Below are positions 1 to 31,367 of a stretch of 36,051 nt of DNA, one piece after another (position 1 is the first letter of the stretch; each line of letters begins with the position of its first letter). Source of the DNA: Catajapyx aquilonaris (taxonomy: Eukaryota); contig JYFJ02003947.1 in assembly GCA_000934665.2 (NCBI GenBank), forward strand, positions 1 through 36,051, written 5' to 3'. The translations under genes and the position numbers were made by a program. The notes beneath the pieces were generated by a model that worked only from the letters and a program-made list of their open reading frames with translations, was not told the origin of the DNA and searched no databases.

Positions 1-312
1 CGCACATTTCTGGCTTGCCGTCGATACATTGGCGAAGTTATTCAGATTATAAACGGCAGAGATAACAGAGGTGTGCAATTAACTTAATTATGATTACACA
101 AATGGTGATTTCTAAGTTTCGAATATATCATTAGATAGACAAAGATTTGCATCCAGGGTTCACAGGGGGAACTTTTTGGCCTCTGAGAAGATTCATTTAA
201 AAATTCATTTTGCGGTGTAACGTCGATAACTAGTCAAAAAATGACACCTTTCCGTGTTCTTCTCCCGATGAAAATTTACTGAATGAAGATCAGTAAACAA
301 CCCGCATACAGT

Positions 313-360
<48 letters not shown>

Positions 361-703
361 AATAATAATAATGCTGGGGTAAAGTGCTTTCGCCCCCCCA
401 CATGGGGGCATATTGCACGGACCTTTATTTATTGAGGTTCATTTGGTGCCTATTCATTTGAAACGCCCGGGCCCACGGGCAGGATGACAGGAGGGGATGT
501 GTAAGGTGCAGTGCAATGTCTTAATGTGGCCATTTTTAGTGAACTCCCCCGGGTGGTTTAGTCTGTGGAAATACCACCCGAGACGAAGCCAGAGGTGACC
601 CTGAACTCTGCACGAGATGAAGGGGGTGTCCCCGGGTTGGGATCGAACCCGAGACCTTAACATCTGTGGGCGCTTACGTTACCGCAGCACCACATGCCTC
701 CCC
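313..703 (-). mobile_element. tRNA-derived SINE (family 2-related) with (ATT)n(GTT)n tail
   Basis: The minus strand begins GGGGAGGCATGTGGTGCTGCGGTAAC, has B box GGTTCGATCCC, and shares the GACATTGCACTGCACC core with the copies at 29566, 30724 and 34080. Microsatellite tail 313-372; GCATACA on both flanks. Confidence 0.75.
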
Positions 704-715
704 TACTCGCATACA

Positions 716-947
716 CTTTATAATTGATATTAAGGAGGTTGGCCCAGCATTGCCTTTCAACCTCCAAGGGTAGGGAAGGAAGGAAGTGGCTGTGGCCTAT
801 TATACGGAAGTGACCCCGGAATTATCCTAGAAAGACCGTGGAAAACCACAGAAAACCACGGTCAGGGTTGCCGGCCCCAGGATTCGAACCCAGGATCTCC
901 CGATTAGCAGTCGGACGCCCTATCCACTATGCCAACCTGCTTCGGTA
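716..947 (-). mobile_element. tRNA-derived SINE, family 1, with an alternative 3' end
   Basis: The reverse complement matches ACCGAAGCAGGTTGGCATAGTGGATA...GGTTCGAATCC...GGTTTTCTGTGGTTT...GGCCACAGCCACTTCCTTCC; TSD CCCTACTYGCATACA at 701-715 and 948-962. Confidence 0.88.
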
Positions 948-960
948 CCCTACTTGCATA

Positions 961-1261
961 CAGTAGAGCATCAATTATCCGAATACCGATCAACTGAAAC
1001 ATTGGTTAACTGAAAGCATTGGTTAACTGAAAGCATTCGAGTTGGCAAATTCAAATTTGCACTCCATGTAGTTCTGCTAGCAGCCGCTAGTGCTGTGGGG
1101 CTGCAGCCCTTTCTCCCTCCCTGCCAACTGGCCTGCGTGACCAACCTCACACTTTCTTTGTTTCCTATTGCTCCTATGGCACTGGTACAATTATTTCCCT
1201 AAATGATCGGTTCTTTGAACACCCCATACCCCAATTGTTTCAAATAATCGATGCTCTACTA
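961..1261. mobile_element. Tc1/mariner (pogo/Tigger-like) MITE
   Basis: TA|CAGTAGAGCATCAATTAT ... ATAATCGATGCTCTACTA|TA terminal inverted repeats (TIRs); short internal tandem repeat (aactgaaagcattggtt). Confidence 0.75.
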
Positions 1262-2387
1262 TATTATATGTTACGTAGATTTAAACAAGCTTTCTAACGA
1301 TATATAACGTTATTGTTTTGGACCATTTTACTGGGAGTTAGAGTCAAACACTGGGGCCCGTATTTAAAAATCCGATAGTAGTTCCTTTACAGTTAGGATG
1401 GTTTTGTGAAGAGATCTGTCCATAATATCATAAGTGCAGGATGTGGAAACTGTAGGTTTAATAGTGCCTAAAATGGCATATTTTGTGGTTTTGGGAACTA
1501 TTTTGCCTACTCTGGCTTTTTGTGACTTTTCATGCCTATTTGGCCTTTTTTGGAATAGTTTGTGAACTTTTTGAAGCAATGTTGGGACTTCTTGGGCCTT
1601 TTCCAGACCTATTCCTTCAGAGGCATGCTTGTTTTTTTGCCCAGTATTTTTTGTGCGCCTGAAAGGACCAAAATCGTTCAGAAATAATTAGTTTCACTAA
1701 TGAAAATCTAGAAAAATATTTGGTACCACTGCAAATGGAAATGGGCTACAAGCGGTCAAGTCCACAGCAAGTTACTGTCTGTTGCCTGAGTTTTGTGATT
1801 TTGTGTCAGTTTATAGTTATTATTCGGTTTTTGATATGATTTGTGACCTTATTGTCTTTATACTTTAGGCCTATAAAATATGTCTTTCTCTTTTGATTTT
1901 CTGAAGCATTATCGTCCATATGCCCACTAAGGTAAATTTTTTGGGCCTATTTGAGCTTTTTTCATGCCTATTTCAGGGGGTTTTCACGCCTAAAAATCCG
2001 GACTCTAGCTATTATATACCATAATGGGATGTCATTGCACTTACTATCCAAGAATACGACAATGCACATATTAGAAGATGAACTGGGTGGGGATCTGCCA
2101 CTTGAAGCCGGTGGCCAAAAGTTCTGGAAGGAACAACCTGGAGCATTACTGTCTGATGTGTTTTGAAGGGACATATGCCACAAATATGGCTTCAAAATAT
2201 TGTTGCGGCACTTTTTGAAGCCTTGTTTATGCCATTTCTTGGAAAACTATCACATAATATTGTTGTAAGTTGTTACGTCCAGACATCGTTGGGAACATGG
2301 TAACTGTGTGTAACGGAAATATGGCATATTTCGCACTGGTGCCAGTTCTGTGCAAACTAGGTAGGGATAAGCCAATACAATCATGTA

Positions 2388-2548
2388 CAGTCTGTTAAAG
2401 GAGTATGTCGCCAGACTAGACCTTGAAATTAGCCTCCAACAGAGGTGCTGCCTAGGGGAGTGTGAGTTATTGCATCAGGGGGAAGCAGCCCCTCTGTTGG
2501 AGGCTAATTTGTAGGTCTGGTCTGGTAATATACTCCTTTAACCAACTG
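2388..2548. mobile_element. Palindromic MITE with TA TSD
   Basis: TA|CAGT..TTAAAGGAGTAT..AAATTAGCCTCCAACAGAGG mirrored by CCTCTGTTGGAGGCTAATTT..ATACTCCTTTAA..ACTG|TA. Confidence 0.8.
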
Positions 2549-3234
2549 TACACCTATTTTTGCAGTGGCATGTAAAACATAACCTTACAGTAACTGACGT
2601 CAATGCTTATGAAAATTAGGATTACTCACGACTGAGGATAGACTGTGTATGTTAGCGCTGTGTTAAAAATAACATTTAGCTCCCCAATATTCCTCAGTAC
2701 AACAAAAAGGTCCCCTTCTATTGCCTACCATTTCCCATGTGACACTATCCAGTAATGTCACTGTTGTAGTAGGAAAGAGGTGAACCGCCGCACTTCTTAT
2801 ACATGGTGAAGGTAAATTCACGCATAATCGCCAGGTATGATGGTACTCGCAAAACTAATATAGGGATGTGCAATTAGTATTGGCTATAGTTAATGCGTAC
2901 GGTGCCATTAAAGTGTAAAGTGTCAGATTGTAGAATATGAGGTAAAAAAATGACAAAGTGCACAGATGTCGTACCTGGATTCTTACTGTGACAGTATTTG
3001 ATCGCCTATTGCACATGGACGATGCGTTAGGGGACCAAGGCCGGATTATTCGGAAGCCCTCCAGCTGACTTTTGCAACTGGCGGAGCGGATGTGACGTCA
3101 CAAAACTTTAAAGGTGACGTATGCATTAACTATGCAATGGCGCCCAAAACTAATTTCACATCCCTATATTACTTTTGCGAGTACGGTCAATCTACCTGGT
3201 GATTGGGTGTGAGAATCACTTGACCCTGTATATA

Positions 3235-3643
3235 CAGGGTGGACCAACTTCAAGTGTCGTTTTATAACGGCGATTAATGGCAGTGATTTTGCGATGACGT
3301 AGCAGCGACGTGTAAAATGTCCCACTTCGGCGCCATCGAAAATCTTAGCTGCCAATAGCAGCTCACGTGTAATCAACCCTGCTGCTGGGTTGACCTGGAA
3401 AAAAGTAGGTGCACACACGACCTGAGATGACCTGAGCGGGCGAGGCAGCCTTCTTTAAGGACTGCCGGATTGGCATTGGTGCTGCATGTGGTTGCACAGG
3501 GTTCATTACATGTGTGCTGCTATTGGCAGCTAATATTTTCGATGGCGCCGAAGTAGGCCATTTTACACGTCGATTCTACGTCAATTGTAAAGCGCTTCTA
3601 TTAATAGCCGTTATAAAACGACACTTGAAGTTGGTCCACCCTG
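3235..3643. mobile_element. Tc1/mariner-type MITE with TIRs of about 145 bp
   Basis: TA|CAGGGTGGACCAACTTCAAGTGTCGTTTTATAACGGC ... GCCGTTATAAAACGACACTTGAAGTTGGTCCACCCTG|TA. Confidence 0.92.
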
Positions 3644-4312
3644 TATGAGTTACTCAGGTTTGATTTTGCATGACTTATTGTGCTCATAGATTACAATCTC
3701 ATCTTTTTGAATCCAACAGGCACTGGATGATAAGTTGGATCGATTCAGTGATCACTGCCATCTTTAGTACTGCCCAATCGTCATCACTGCCATTAAGTTT
3801 CTTCTTCGTGCTTTTTTTTTTCATTTTGTCAGAAGCCTTGGGAGTTGTGCCCGCTTTGGGAAATGTACAGTGTAGTGTAAGGTTTCGACATTATATCCTC
3901 CACAATTCACATCACAGGGTTTTAAAGAAATACCAATAGTCTCTTAAGCACTTGCTCATTCAAATAGCCAACAAAGGAGCCTTTGGGAACAGTTCTGCCA
4001 CTTCTCTGCCTTATAAGTTGAACTGTGATGGCAAAAAGTCATTGCCAAGCCAGTCTAGAATGGACCAGCATAGGGCATGATTAACAAAAGCTCAAGTACT
4101 CCCCACAAATTATGTATGATGAATGGATAAAGGTGCAGTGCCACTCAGCAGTTATCCCGGTGGGCTGAGCTGAGCTGGATAGTAGTAACTGCTGTCTGTG
4201 ACATCAGAAGAGAAAACAAAAATTCTCTTGCATTTCATCTACCTCAAGGCACCTGGCTGGCTTATTTCAGAAAGACAGGAAAAGAAAATACTTTTAGGGT
4301 GAAGAAAAGAGA

Positions 4313-4629
4313 AGTATTGGTTTTCTTGTTAAGGGACCAGTCTGGATATAGTAGACCTTTTTACGGGCACACTTCGGATGTAGTAGACCAAAGTCCCACG
4401 CCAGATGATCCCTGACGTTATTTTAATGACTGTTAACATCAATTTCACGTCAAACTATCATCTCAACCGTACAATAGTCATTACACGTCTTGACATGATA
4501 TTGACGTTAAAAGTCATTAAAAAACTTCAGGGATCATCTGGAGTGTGACTCTGGTCTACTATATCCGAAGTGTGCCCATAAAAAGGTCTACTATATCCGG
4601 ACTGTCCCCGTAAAAAGAAAATCAATACT
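4313..4629. repeat. Long imperfect palindrome (foldback/MITE) with internal GGATRTAGTAGACC subrepeats
   Basis: Arms of about 140 bp (AGTATTGGTTTTCTT...GTCAA / TTGAC...AAGAAAATCAATACT); two GGATRTAGTAGACC copies per arm; no clear TSD. Confidence 0.85.
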
Positions 4630-5600
4630 ACTGAAAAAAACGATTTTAAAAAAGGGATTTTGTGGGCATATTTTAGTGGCATTATTTGTGTTTGTGATTT
4701 GTGGTGGGAAAACTTTTTTGTTGTATATTGACCAATAATCTCCTGGGAACTGCACTAGGTGCTTCTAGGAAGTGATTATTGCTAATCATGTGTGTAATTT
4801 CAGAAGGAAGAGATGTTATTTATTTTCAAACAGATCTCGTGTGAATGGTGAATAATATGCTTTTTCTCTGTGGGTACAATTTGTGAATTAGTAAGCTCCT
4901 CTTGGTCTAGTGTTCTTATCTTTATGGAAGGGACCAGTTGCATCGTGATTTAGAAAGATGAAAGTAATTGGTTTAGTGGGAATAAGTTAAAGCAAATGCT
5001 ATCAGGAAATTTAATTTGGGCTTTTGTGTTTAGTGGCCACAGAATAATGTAGCTAAAAGTACCATTCCAGCACTGATAAAAAGCCTGGTTAATCTTTTAT
5101 TGGTCCTTGAATACTCCTGCCAAAAATTAAAGAAAGAAGGGGAAAAAACTCTGGCCTTGGCATCATGACTGCTTTTAGGAGAGCTAACTCCAAACTACAT
5201 CACCATATCTCAGCCAAAAAGTTGATTTTTCCCTGCCCCACCACCATTTCAGGGAGGAAAAAGTGTTTCTGGTCCCTTTTATAATAATGTGTCATGCAGT
5301 GACAAAACAAAAACAAATGAAGGGCATGCTGCATTCGCTAAGAGAGCATTTCTTTCACCATTCTTGTGTGTATGTGAATATGAGCAGTTGAATGCCATTA
5401 CAAAATTTGAATTCTACTCGGTAGAATTAGTTTTTAACAAATTATCATTTATGTGTTACACTAGTGCGTAAAGTTTAAGACCCATAGAGTCTTCTTCCAC
5501 TAGACTTCCTATCTGCCTGTTAAACCATTTGTTAGCTAACCCTGTGTTTGTCATTGAAATCGGTCCTCAGTTAAATTAAATGTGTTCTACCAAAAGGAAG

Positions 5601-5790
5601 CATGGTGGTATACTGGTTAACATCACAGCCTTCCACTTGTCCTTTCATAGGTTTCATCCCTGGGTCAGACAGGATTCGTTTGGGAAGAGAATTTTGATGA
5701 GTTCTCTTTGTGTACTTGTGTGGTTTCTCAGGGTTCTCTCTTTGCCTCCCACAATGAGAAACCATCAACAGAGCAGACATTAAACATAAA
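5601..5790 (+). mobile_element. Degenerate tRNA-SINE with V-domain-like core
   Basis: Decayed A box (TGGTATACTGG) and B box (GGTTTCATCCC), then GTGTGGTTTCTCAGGGTTCTCTCTTTGCCTCCCACA, which resembles my recollection of the V-SINE core. Confidence 0.45.
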
Positions 5791-7923
5791 AGTGGGCCAG
5801 ATACAGTATATGGGCCTAATGAATAACATATTTTTGAACGTGGAGTCAGGACTAACATCAAGTTGAGAATGGGTTGACTCCCTATTCATGTACTAAGGCT
5901 GCAGTATTATTGCAGACATACTCCCATAAGTACAATCTGTCAAAGTGTTAAGAATAATATGGTGCTGATAGTACATAATGTCAGTTCATCCCTACATTGT
6001 GAAGTTGGGTTGGACCCAAAGTCAACCCTGCTGCCAATCAGGGTTAAGTCCTCCAGCTGGAATTGAGAGCATTCAGATATGGTGGAAAGGGGCTAATTGG
6101 GAGGAGTGTTTTGGGCTTGTGGAAGAGGCCAAGGCCCATGACTGCAGGGGAGTGCATATGAGGGTCAAAGACACCCCACGTATAGTAGTAGGTCTATGAT
6201 GCATCTCTTTCCAGAAAAAGACAGGCTCAAATTCCATGGTTGGGGAGAAGAAACCCTGAGCTTATTTTTCAGTATGTATACAGATTGCATTTGTCTCTGG
6301 GTTCAACCCTGACTTTCTCTCTACCTGGTGTTACTCAACTCCACTATTTTCTGAATGATTATGTATATGGGCCTGATGATCCAAGTAAGCTTATCAGGGG
6401 GAAGCTTGATTCTTAGTGAGGTAGGTAGGTTATCCTTCATATGCTGCAGAATTTGCCACGTGTGGCACTGTTATAGCAGTGGAAGTTTGGAAGTTATAGT
6501 TTTACGATGTAATTATCATTAGTAGTCAAGATTCTTCATGTATCATGGATCATCCTTATAATGAATTAAGTACTCGTCTTAAACTTTACGCACTACTGTG
6601 GTTACGCATCTTGCAGTCAATTAATGGGTTATTGGATGTGGTACCATATTTATGTAAGAGTGCTATTCTGAAGATTGATTTAGTCAAGCTTTGTTAAAAA
6701 CTTATTCTACTGTACAAATGACGCAGTACTGTGTCAGTTGAACGTGTTTCCTGTTCCTTGTGAACTGTATGGTGCAAAACCTCCAGATTGGAGTATTCAA
6801 GAACATGAAATGGCACAGGCTTTTTGCATTTCAATCATTTTTAAATCATATGTGCACAATCATCATAGGATTATTGTGCTTGTATACCTGCCAAGTCACT
6901 AGCTTGATTATAATTACAAGTCTTTCAATGGTAACGGTGATAAAATAATACAGTTTTAAGCACCTGTGCCACAAATGTCTTAAGTATATTTTAACTGGTA
7001 ACAGCTGTGTGTGTGAGAGTATAAGGAGTGAATGTGTGAATGCATAGTCCATCAGGAGTGCATATCGCACCACAAGAGTTAACATTTGTGTTCATTTACA
7101 CTGCCAGTCAAATGAAATTTCTTCTCTCGATAGTATGCATGGTATATCTATTAATGACAGAGCTAATTAGCAGTAAGTTGATAACTTGAAAGGTGCCACA
7201 TCAGGAGTAGGTAGTTGTCCGAGTGCATACATTTTATTGTACAACATGGTATGTGAGGTTAAGCAAGTGAGAGATCTGTTTACTATACTAAATTGTACCA
7301 TTATAAAATACTAATTACTCTGAGCCAGTACAAGATACATGAAAGAAAAGATGTGTTATTCTGCTGGAAAATGTAGCATTTTAGCAACTAGGTGGATGTG
7401 TCAAATACCATCAAGCATGTCGTAAGGTCCATTATTGTCTAGGGCACACCAAAAAAGGAGATAATGGGGCAGAAAATCCTGATTCCATTTATATGGTATG
7501 GGGCTTTACACAAGTAACCCAATGCATAATTATTTTTGCTGAAGAACAGCTGGTACTTTGCCAGAAAGCCTTATTTGCCAATGGGTGTAAGGTCTCATTA
7601 ACAATGAGCACAATGCTGCTGCTGCATCATCTCCAAATTACATGAAGTCTTAGGCTGCATTTACACTTGGCATCATCATGCTGCTGCTGCATCTTTGACA
7701 TACTTGGGAGCCTTATGCAAGTCATACTGCAGATGCTAAACAGCCTCTGTGCAACCCCTGAAGGGCTGTAAAACATCCCCCATGCAAGATGTGATGTGGG
7801 CATGCCTGTGCAAATGGTAATATACAGGGTGGTCGGTAAATGGTGCACAAACATCACATTACAAGAAAAACCAGTTTAGGGAAGTGAAGGTCCAAGTGGC
7901 CTACGATGCATGGTTAGCACCAC

Positions 7924-8417
7924 GGTTAGCACTCATGAGACTTCTAAGAGTTAGAGTCAAGTCATGTCATCACATCTGCCTGTACCATACACATGCTACC
8001 ATAAGCTACTGTATACAGTGACACCAATTACTAATATTATTGATGTAGGATTGAATGGGATAACTAGAATGAATAATGAAGTGTGACTTGACCATGGCAC
8101 CATTGTACATGTTTGTGTGACTCTCGCAACAACCTCCACTGCCTGCATCATCCACTGTCAGAATTGCTTGCTAGCTTCAAGCTGTCCACACTGGAGTTCC
8201 AAGGACAGAATGGCCTACACTGCTGGGGAGTACACATTCAACAGCGCCATGGTCAAGTCATACCTCATCATTTATTCCTGTTGTCTCATTCAATCTTACA
8301 TCAATTGGTAATCAGTGCCACAGCATACAGTAGCAATACGGTAGAGTTTGCATGGTGCGGGCGGACGTGACGTCATGATTTGGCTCTAACTTTCAGAGGC
8401 CTTGTGAGTCTGATCCT
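7924..8417. repeat. Old degenerate long inverted repeat (MITE relic)
   Basis: About 7924-8110 aligns with the reverse complement of about 8231-8417 (e.g. TGACTTGACCATGGC / GCCATGGTCAAGTCA; AGTTAGAG / CTCTAACT). Confidence 0.7.
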
Positions 8418-9260
8418 CCATTGCCTGAAGGTGTGTATGATTTCAAATTTGATAGTTCTCAGGCTTGGTCAGCAAGAGGGAGTGGAGATGATGTGGGGAG
8501 CATTGGTTAGACACAATGCTTGCACCAAGCACCCATGTTATCTCCAAGAACAAAGGCAGTACCAGAGCAGTCAGTCTCTCAGTGGCCACTCGAACACTTC
8601 CTTTTGCATTGGGCACCCAATTTAGTGCCGTTAGACCCCTATGTATTTCTTAGATGCAATTAAGTATGATACTAGGTGCAAACAAGGCCTTATGGCAGAG
8701 ATTCAGCTAGAGCCTGGCTGCACACTCTTGAACAGCCTCCATATGGCTCCATAAGACTACCTGTATATCAGAGATGCTAGGCCAAGCTGTGTAGCATGCT
8801 GCTCCAGGTGAACATGGCCTAAGTTAAAATCTTGTGAAATCTCATGCACCAATTTGACTCTCATTTATAGTTACTATGTTCTTTTGGCCTAGGTTTTCGC
8901 TATAGATAGTTTTTATTAAAACATGCACTAAACTGTGACATCATAGGCCATTTTGCGTTGTCTTCTTTCTCAGGTGAAGTTTATGAATAAAACTATTCGT
9001 ATTATTGCGATAAATTTTGAAAAGCAGGGTCATTCTAACATGTGTAATGAAAATAATCCTGGTGGATTGCAGCTCCTTTGTCACAAAGCTGCTTTCATTT
9101 GAGTAATCACCCTGTATGGAAAAAGATAAGCCTGCAACAATCAATTCAGTTTGACTCCTTCGTCTAGTTTTGCTTCTAGTTTAGGGTTGCTTGGATATCA
9201 TCACACTCTCCTAAAATGATGTATATGAAATGACAGATTCGGTTGTCGTCTGCTCCTTAA

Positions 9261-9556
9261 GGCTATTTTCACACCAGGCCACCATGGCAGTGCCACCACA
9301 TAAATTAGGTGGCACTGCTGGCCGCAAGAAAAGTCGCGTCTCGTGTGAAATATTATTCAATGCAAACATGTGGCAGCGTGGCCAGCTGGCAGCGACTGTC
9401 AGTGCTGAAAATCGCCCTGCCTGCCACCAGCATTTCTGGCGGCGCGTGGGCAGGGCTGCCAACCACCACGTGTGAAAGGCACCACTTGCAGCAATGCAAA
9501 GACCTGGCGGCGCAGCCTTAGCAGTGCTGCCATGGTGGCCCTGTGTGAAAGAGGCC
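9261..9556. mobile_element. PIF/Harbinger-like MITE
   Basis: TAA|GGCTATTTTCACACCAGGCCACCATGGCAG ... CTGCCATGGTGGCCCTGTGTGAAAGAGGCC|TAA; 3-bp TAA TSD; internal GTGTGAAA repeats. Confidence 0.8.
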
Positions 9557-11044
9557 TAATAGAATTACTGAATATGCAGGCCAAATGACTACTCATGAAT
9601 GACCTTGTTTATTGATTATTATGTGGATATGGGCAGGCATAAAGTTCACTGAATATATACCACCACATTGGGTTTAGTATTGTCCACTAGCATGGCAACC
9701 TATTGCATTTTCTGTTTTATAAAGATACTGCCATTCCTACCATAGTACAGTATTTGGAGTTACCATTTCCGAATTGACAGCAGATTTATTTGCCATATTG
9801 ACATCACTTCTGTTTTTGTGTGTTTTGATGTACCAGTAATATAAGCGCAGCCCAGGCATGGGTCACCTCAAGGTAACACTGATAAATATTAAGTAAAAGT
9901 GTTTCAGTGTGATGGTGTTATTTCTATGTTCTGTCTTTTTTGTTGTACCATCTCTAGCCATGTAAACCTTAGTACAATATATGGTAAAATTTAATAAGTC
10001 CTGATACTGTGGCTTGGAGAAGTTGGATGTGTATAGTGTACAGTTGTAAATTTCGACATTTATTTATTTGACTCTAAATTTAAATTTTTATCAAAAAATA
10101 GTTCTACAATTCACTTTTCATATGTGGAGATATATTTGGAAACAGCTTGCTCTTTGTTACTCCTTCACCATGTTGACTTCTCAGCACCCCTCTCAAAAGT
10201 CACTATTTATTGTGCAATGCATTATCACACAGTCAACAAATTTATATCATTGGGAATAGTTGTAGTGTAATAAAAAGATGAGATAAAGGTTTACCTGGCA
10301 TGAGATTTGTTGAGAATGTAGCATTGTCTTACCTTCACAAGCAAACATTCACATTGTTTTTAAGCACATGCATTGTGATCTCAAGCACATGTTCCTACCC
10401 AAGGCCGCCAACATTTTTATTTTCTTAGAAAGAAGCCTGATCAAAATTTAGACTAGTCATTAGCATTCATTGATTTTGTAGGATTATGTTGACTGCAGCA
10501 TTGTATCCAATATTTTTGCTTCTCTTCCCCAACTGTTAATGCCTCATATGTGAAACTGTCTGGTCTTGTATCGATGTTCTAGGAGGATGTGCTAAGTGTA
10601 CCAACCCATTTCAGTATTGCGGGTAGAGTGTCAGCTAATTTAGACTTTGAGAACAAGCAGAATCTCCTTATGGTTTCATGTTGTGCATATGTGTATGAAG
10701 TACAGTGGTTTTGATGGAGAAGAAGCATGCATTTTTAGACAATGTCTTTGTGCTTGTGACAATGATGCTTTCTCAACAGTTGGTCACTATGTTATGAAGT
10801 GTTAGTCTGTCACTGCCTAAAGATTTTGCTCATTTTGACCCATATTATGAATATGTCAAGAAGTGACGTGTTCATTGTATAAAAAAAATATATTGTCATA
10901 CAAAATAAATTTTGGTACTTCGTGTTTTGTTGTTTCCTTTAAGGGATTTTTGCCAAATATTCAGGTTGGGAGGAAAGAGGTGGGGAAAACTAAATGCCAG
11001 ATTGCTTAAAATGCAGCTCTTTTGTTTCAGAAGTGGAGGAGGTA

Positions 11045-11356
11045 CAGTAGAACCCCAATTGTCCATCACCCATAGGACTGGGACATTGTCGGATAACCGA
11101 AAAGGTCGGATAATCCAAGGAATAAAAAAAATGAAGAAAACCTGACAAATAACATGAAATAACGTAAAATATTATGGTTCTAAGAAGTAGTGAAGTAATT
11201 GTCTTTTACAAACAAACTCTACTGTACTGTATTTACAATTGAACTAAGGCAAAACAAACAAATGCGTAGAACATTACAGTATTTCATGAGAAAACAGGTT
11301 TATTGCCGGAGCGGGACGGTTGGATAATCAGAGGTCTGATAATTGGGATTCTATTG
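11045..11356. mobile_element. Tc1/mariner (pogo/Tigger-like) MITE
   Basis: TA|CAGTAGAACCCCAATT ... AATTGGGATTCTATTG|TA; subterminal GGATAA repeats; ends related to those of the 961-1261 element. Confidence 0.75.
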
Positions 11357-12694
11357 TACTTCTTTGTGTGCTAGATCCAATAAAGTTTGATGGGTTTTGT
11401 TCTCTCTGTGCACAAAGCCCAACAACAGCTCTCTTGTCCTCCTTTCACTTTGCATATGGATAACATGCAGTTATCTGAAGTCCCAAAAGCAGATAAGGTG
11501 AAGTGGGGTAATTCTGCACAGCATGAACACCTTGGTTTCAATAAAAATGGCCGCCAGCTATCACTTTGGTATGAAATGTTTCAGGAGAACCTCCTGCCAC
11601 AGATGCCATAAGAAAGGTATGTTTTCAATTTGTTACCCTGTGAGATTTGCATGGAGTGTGGAGTCTACAAAGTAATGATCTCACTGATATGGTAGGGTCA
11701 CATTAATTTAACTGTACATATAAAAAGCTTTTTTGGTTGTGCACAGATGTGACTTTGGTGGCAGTTGCACTTTTACACGTAGATGTTGCCAACTGCAATT
11801 GGCTATAAATACAACTATAGACTGTAGGTATGGAATTATTACATACATCGTGACATTTACCTTGGCAGAGTAGTCCGCCGTCAAAGGAAAGGCATGTTTA
11901 TGACTTTAATCTCACAAGACCAAGAAGATACTCTGGGGCACAGGGCATATGCCTGGCAGAGGAGATACACTTGCAATTTTACATGATTAGGCTACATATT
12001 ACACGTGTGAAGCTGTCAACCTGTCACCCCGCTGTCACCGATAGAACCGATAGGTACTGCCAGCGCGCCAGCCGGAATCGGCCGGAATGTTCAGACTTCC
12101 CGCCGCCACCTGGCACCACCATCGACCAATCAAGACACATCTTGGTTTCGCCGAACGCACTGCATTCCTGAGTAATCCGAATCGAACGCGAACCTATTAT
12201 GCATTGTTTTAACACACCTGGAAACATCTTGAGGGTAATAAATTCCTAAGCACGTACTGGCACTAAAAGAATGCGTAGGCGAGCACACAATATGCATTAG
12301 AAATGGTGACGTCACATGTAAAACACGCGAATCCCCGGATGTGAACTACAGGTAAGCAACATGGCAGGATGTCATAGCTTGATTCCCACCTTTGACGGGC
12401 GGGTTGGAGCTACTTCTTCCTAGGACATTTTAGCCGTTGGTATGCTCCTTGTGTTTTACACAGCAGTTTGTTTGATGCGGGTTTCTTGCATGCTATGTGA
12501 GGGTGCGTTACGTTGGTATTTGTGCACCCGTTTGATGGCTTGGAAAAAAAAAAAGCCCCAAGCCTGAATTTTTTTTCTTTTGGGAAAACAATGTAGGTGT
12601 GGTGTTGCAAGTGGTAGGCGGGGTTTTTGCAGAATTTGTGGTGCTGTATGCTAATTGTAGGATGTTTTCACAGCCTTTTACTTTTGTGGTGGTG

Positions 12695-12706
12695 ATGAGC
12701 AAGTGA
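12695..12706 (+). promoter_or_regulatory. Minimal upstream ORF (Met-Ser-Lys-stop) in the putative 5'UTR
   Basis: ATG AGC AAG TGA lies between the putative acceptor (12673) and the main ATG (12714). Confidence 0.5.
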
Positions 12707-12713
12707 ACTCATC

Positions 12714-31367
<18,654 letters not shown>

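Noticed and set aside
1339..2008. T-rich region with repeated GCCTA/TTTT motifs, possibly a TE
   Set aside because: I could not establish convincing TIRs or a TSD.
11875..12402. CpG-richer patch as the PAK promoter or as a TIR element (CCGTCAAAGG / CCTTTGACGG)
   Set aside because: There is only a 10-bp inverted match and no transcript evidence, so I cannot decide.
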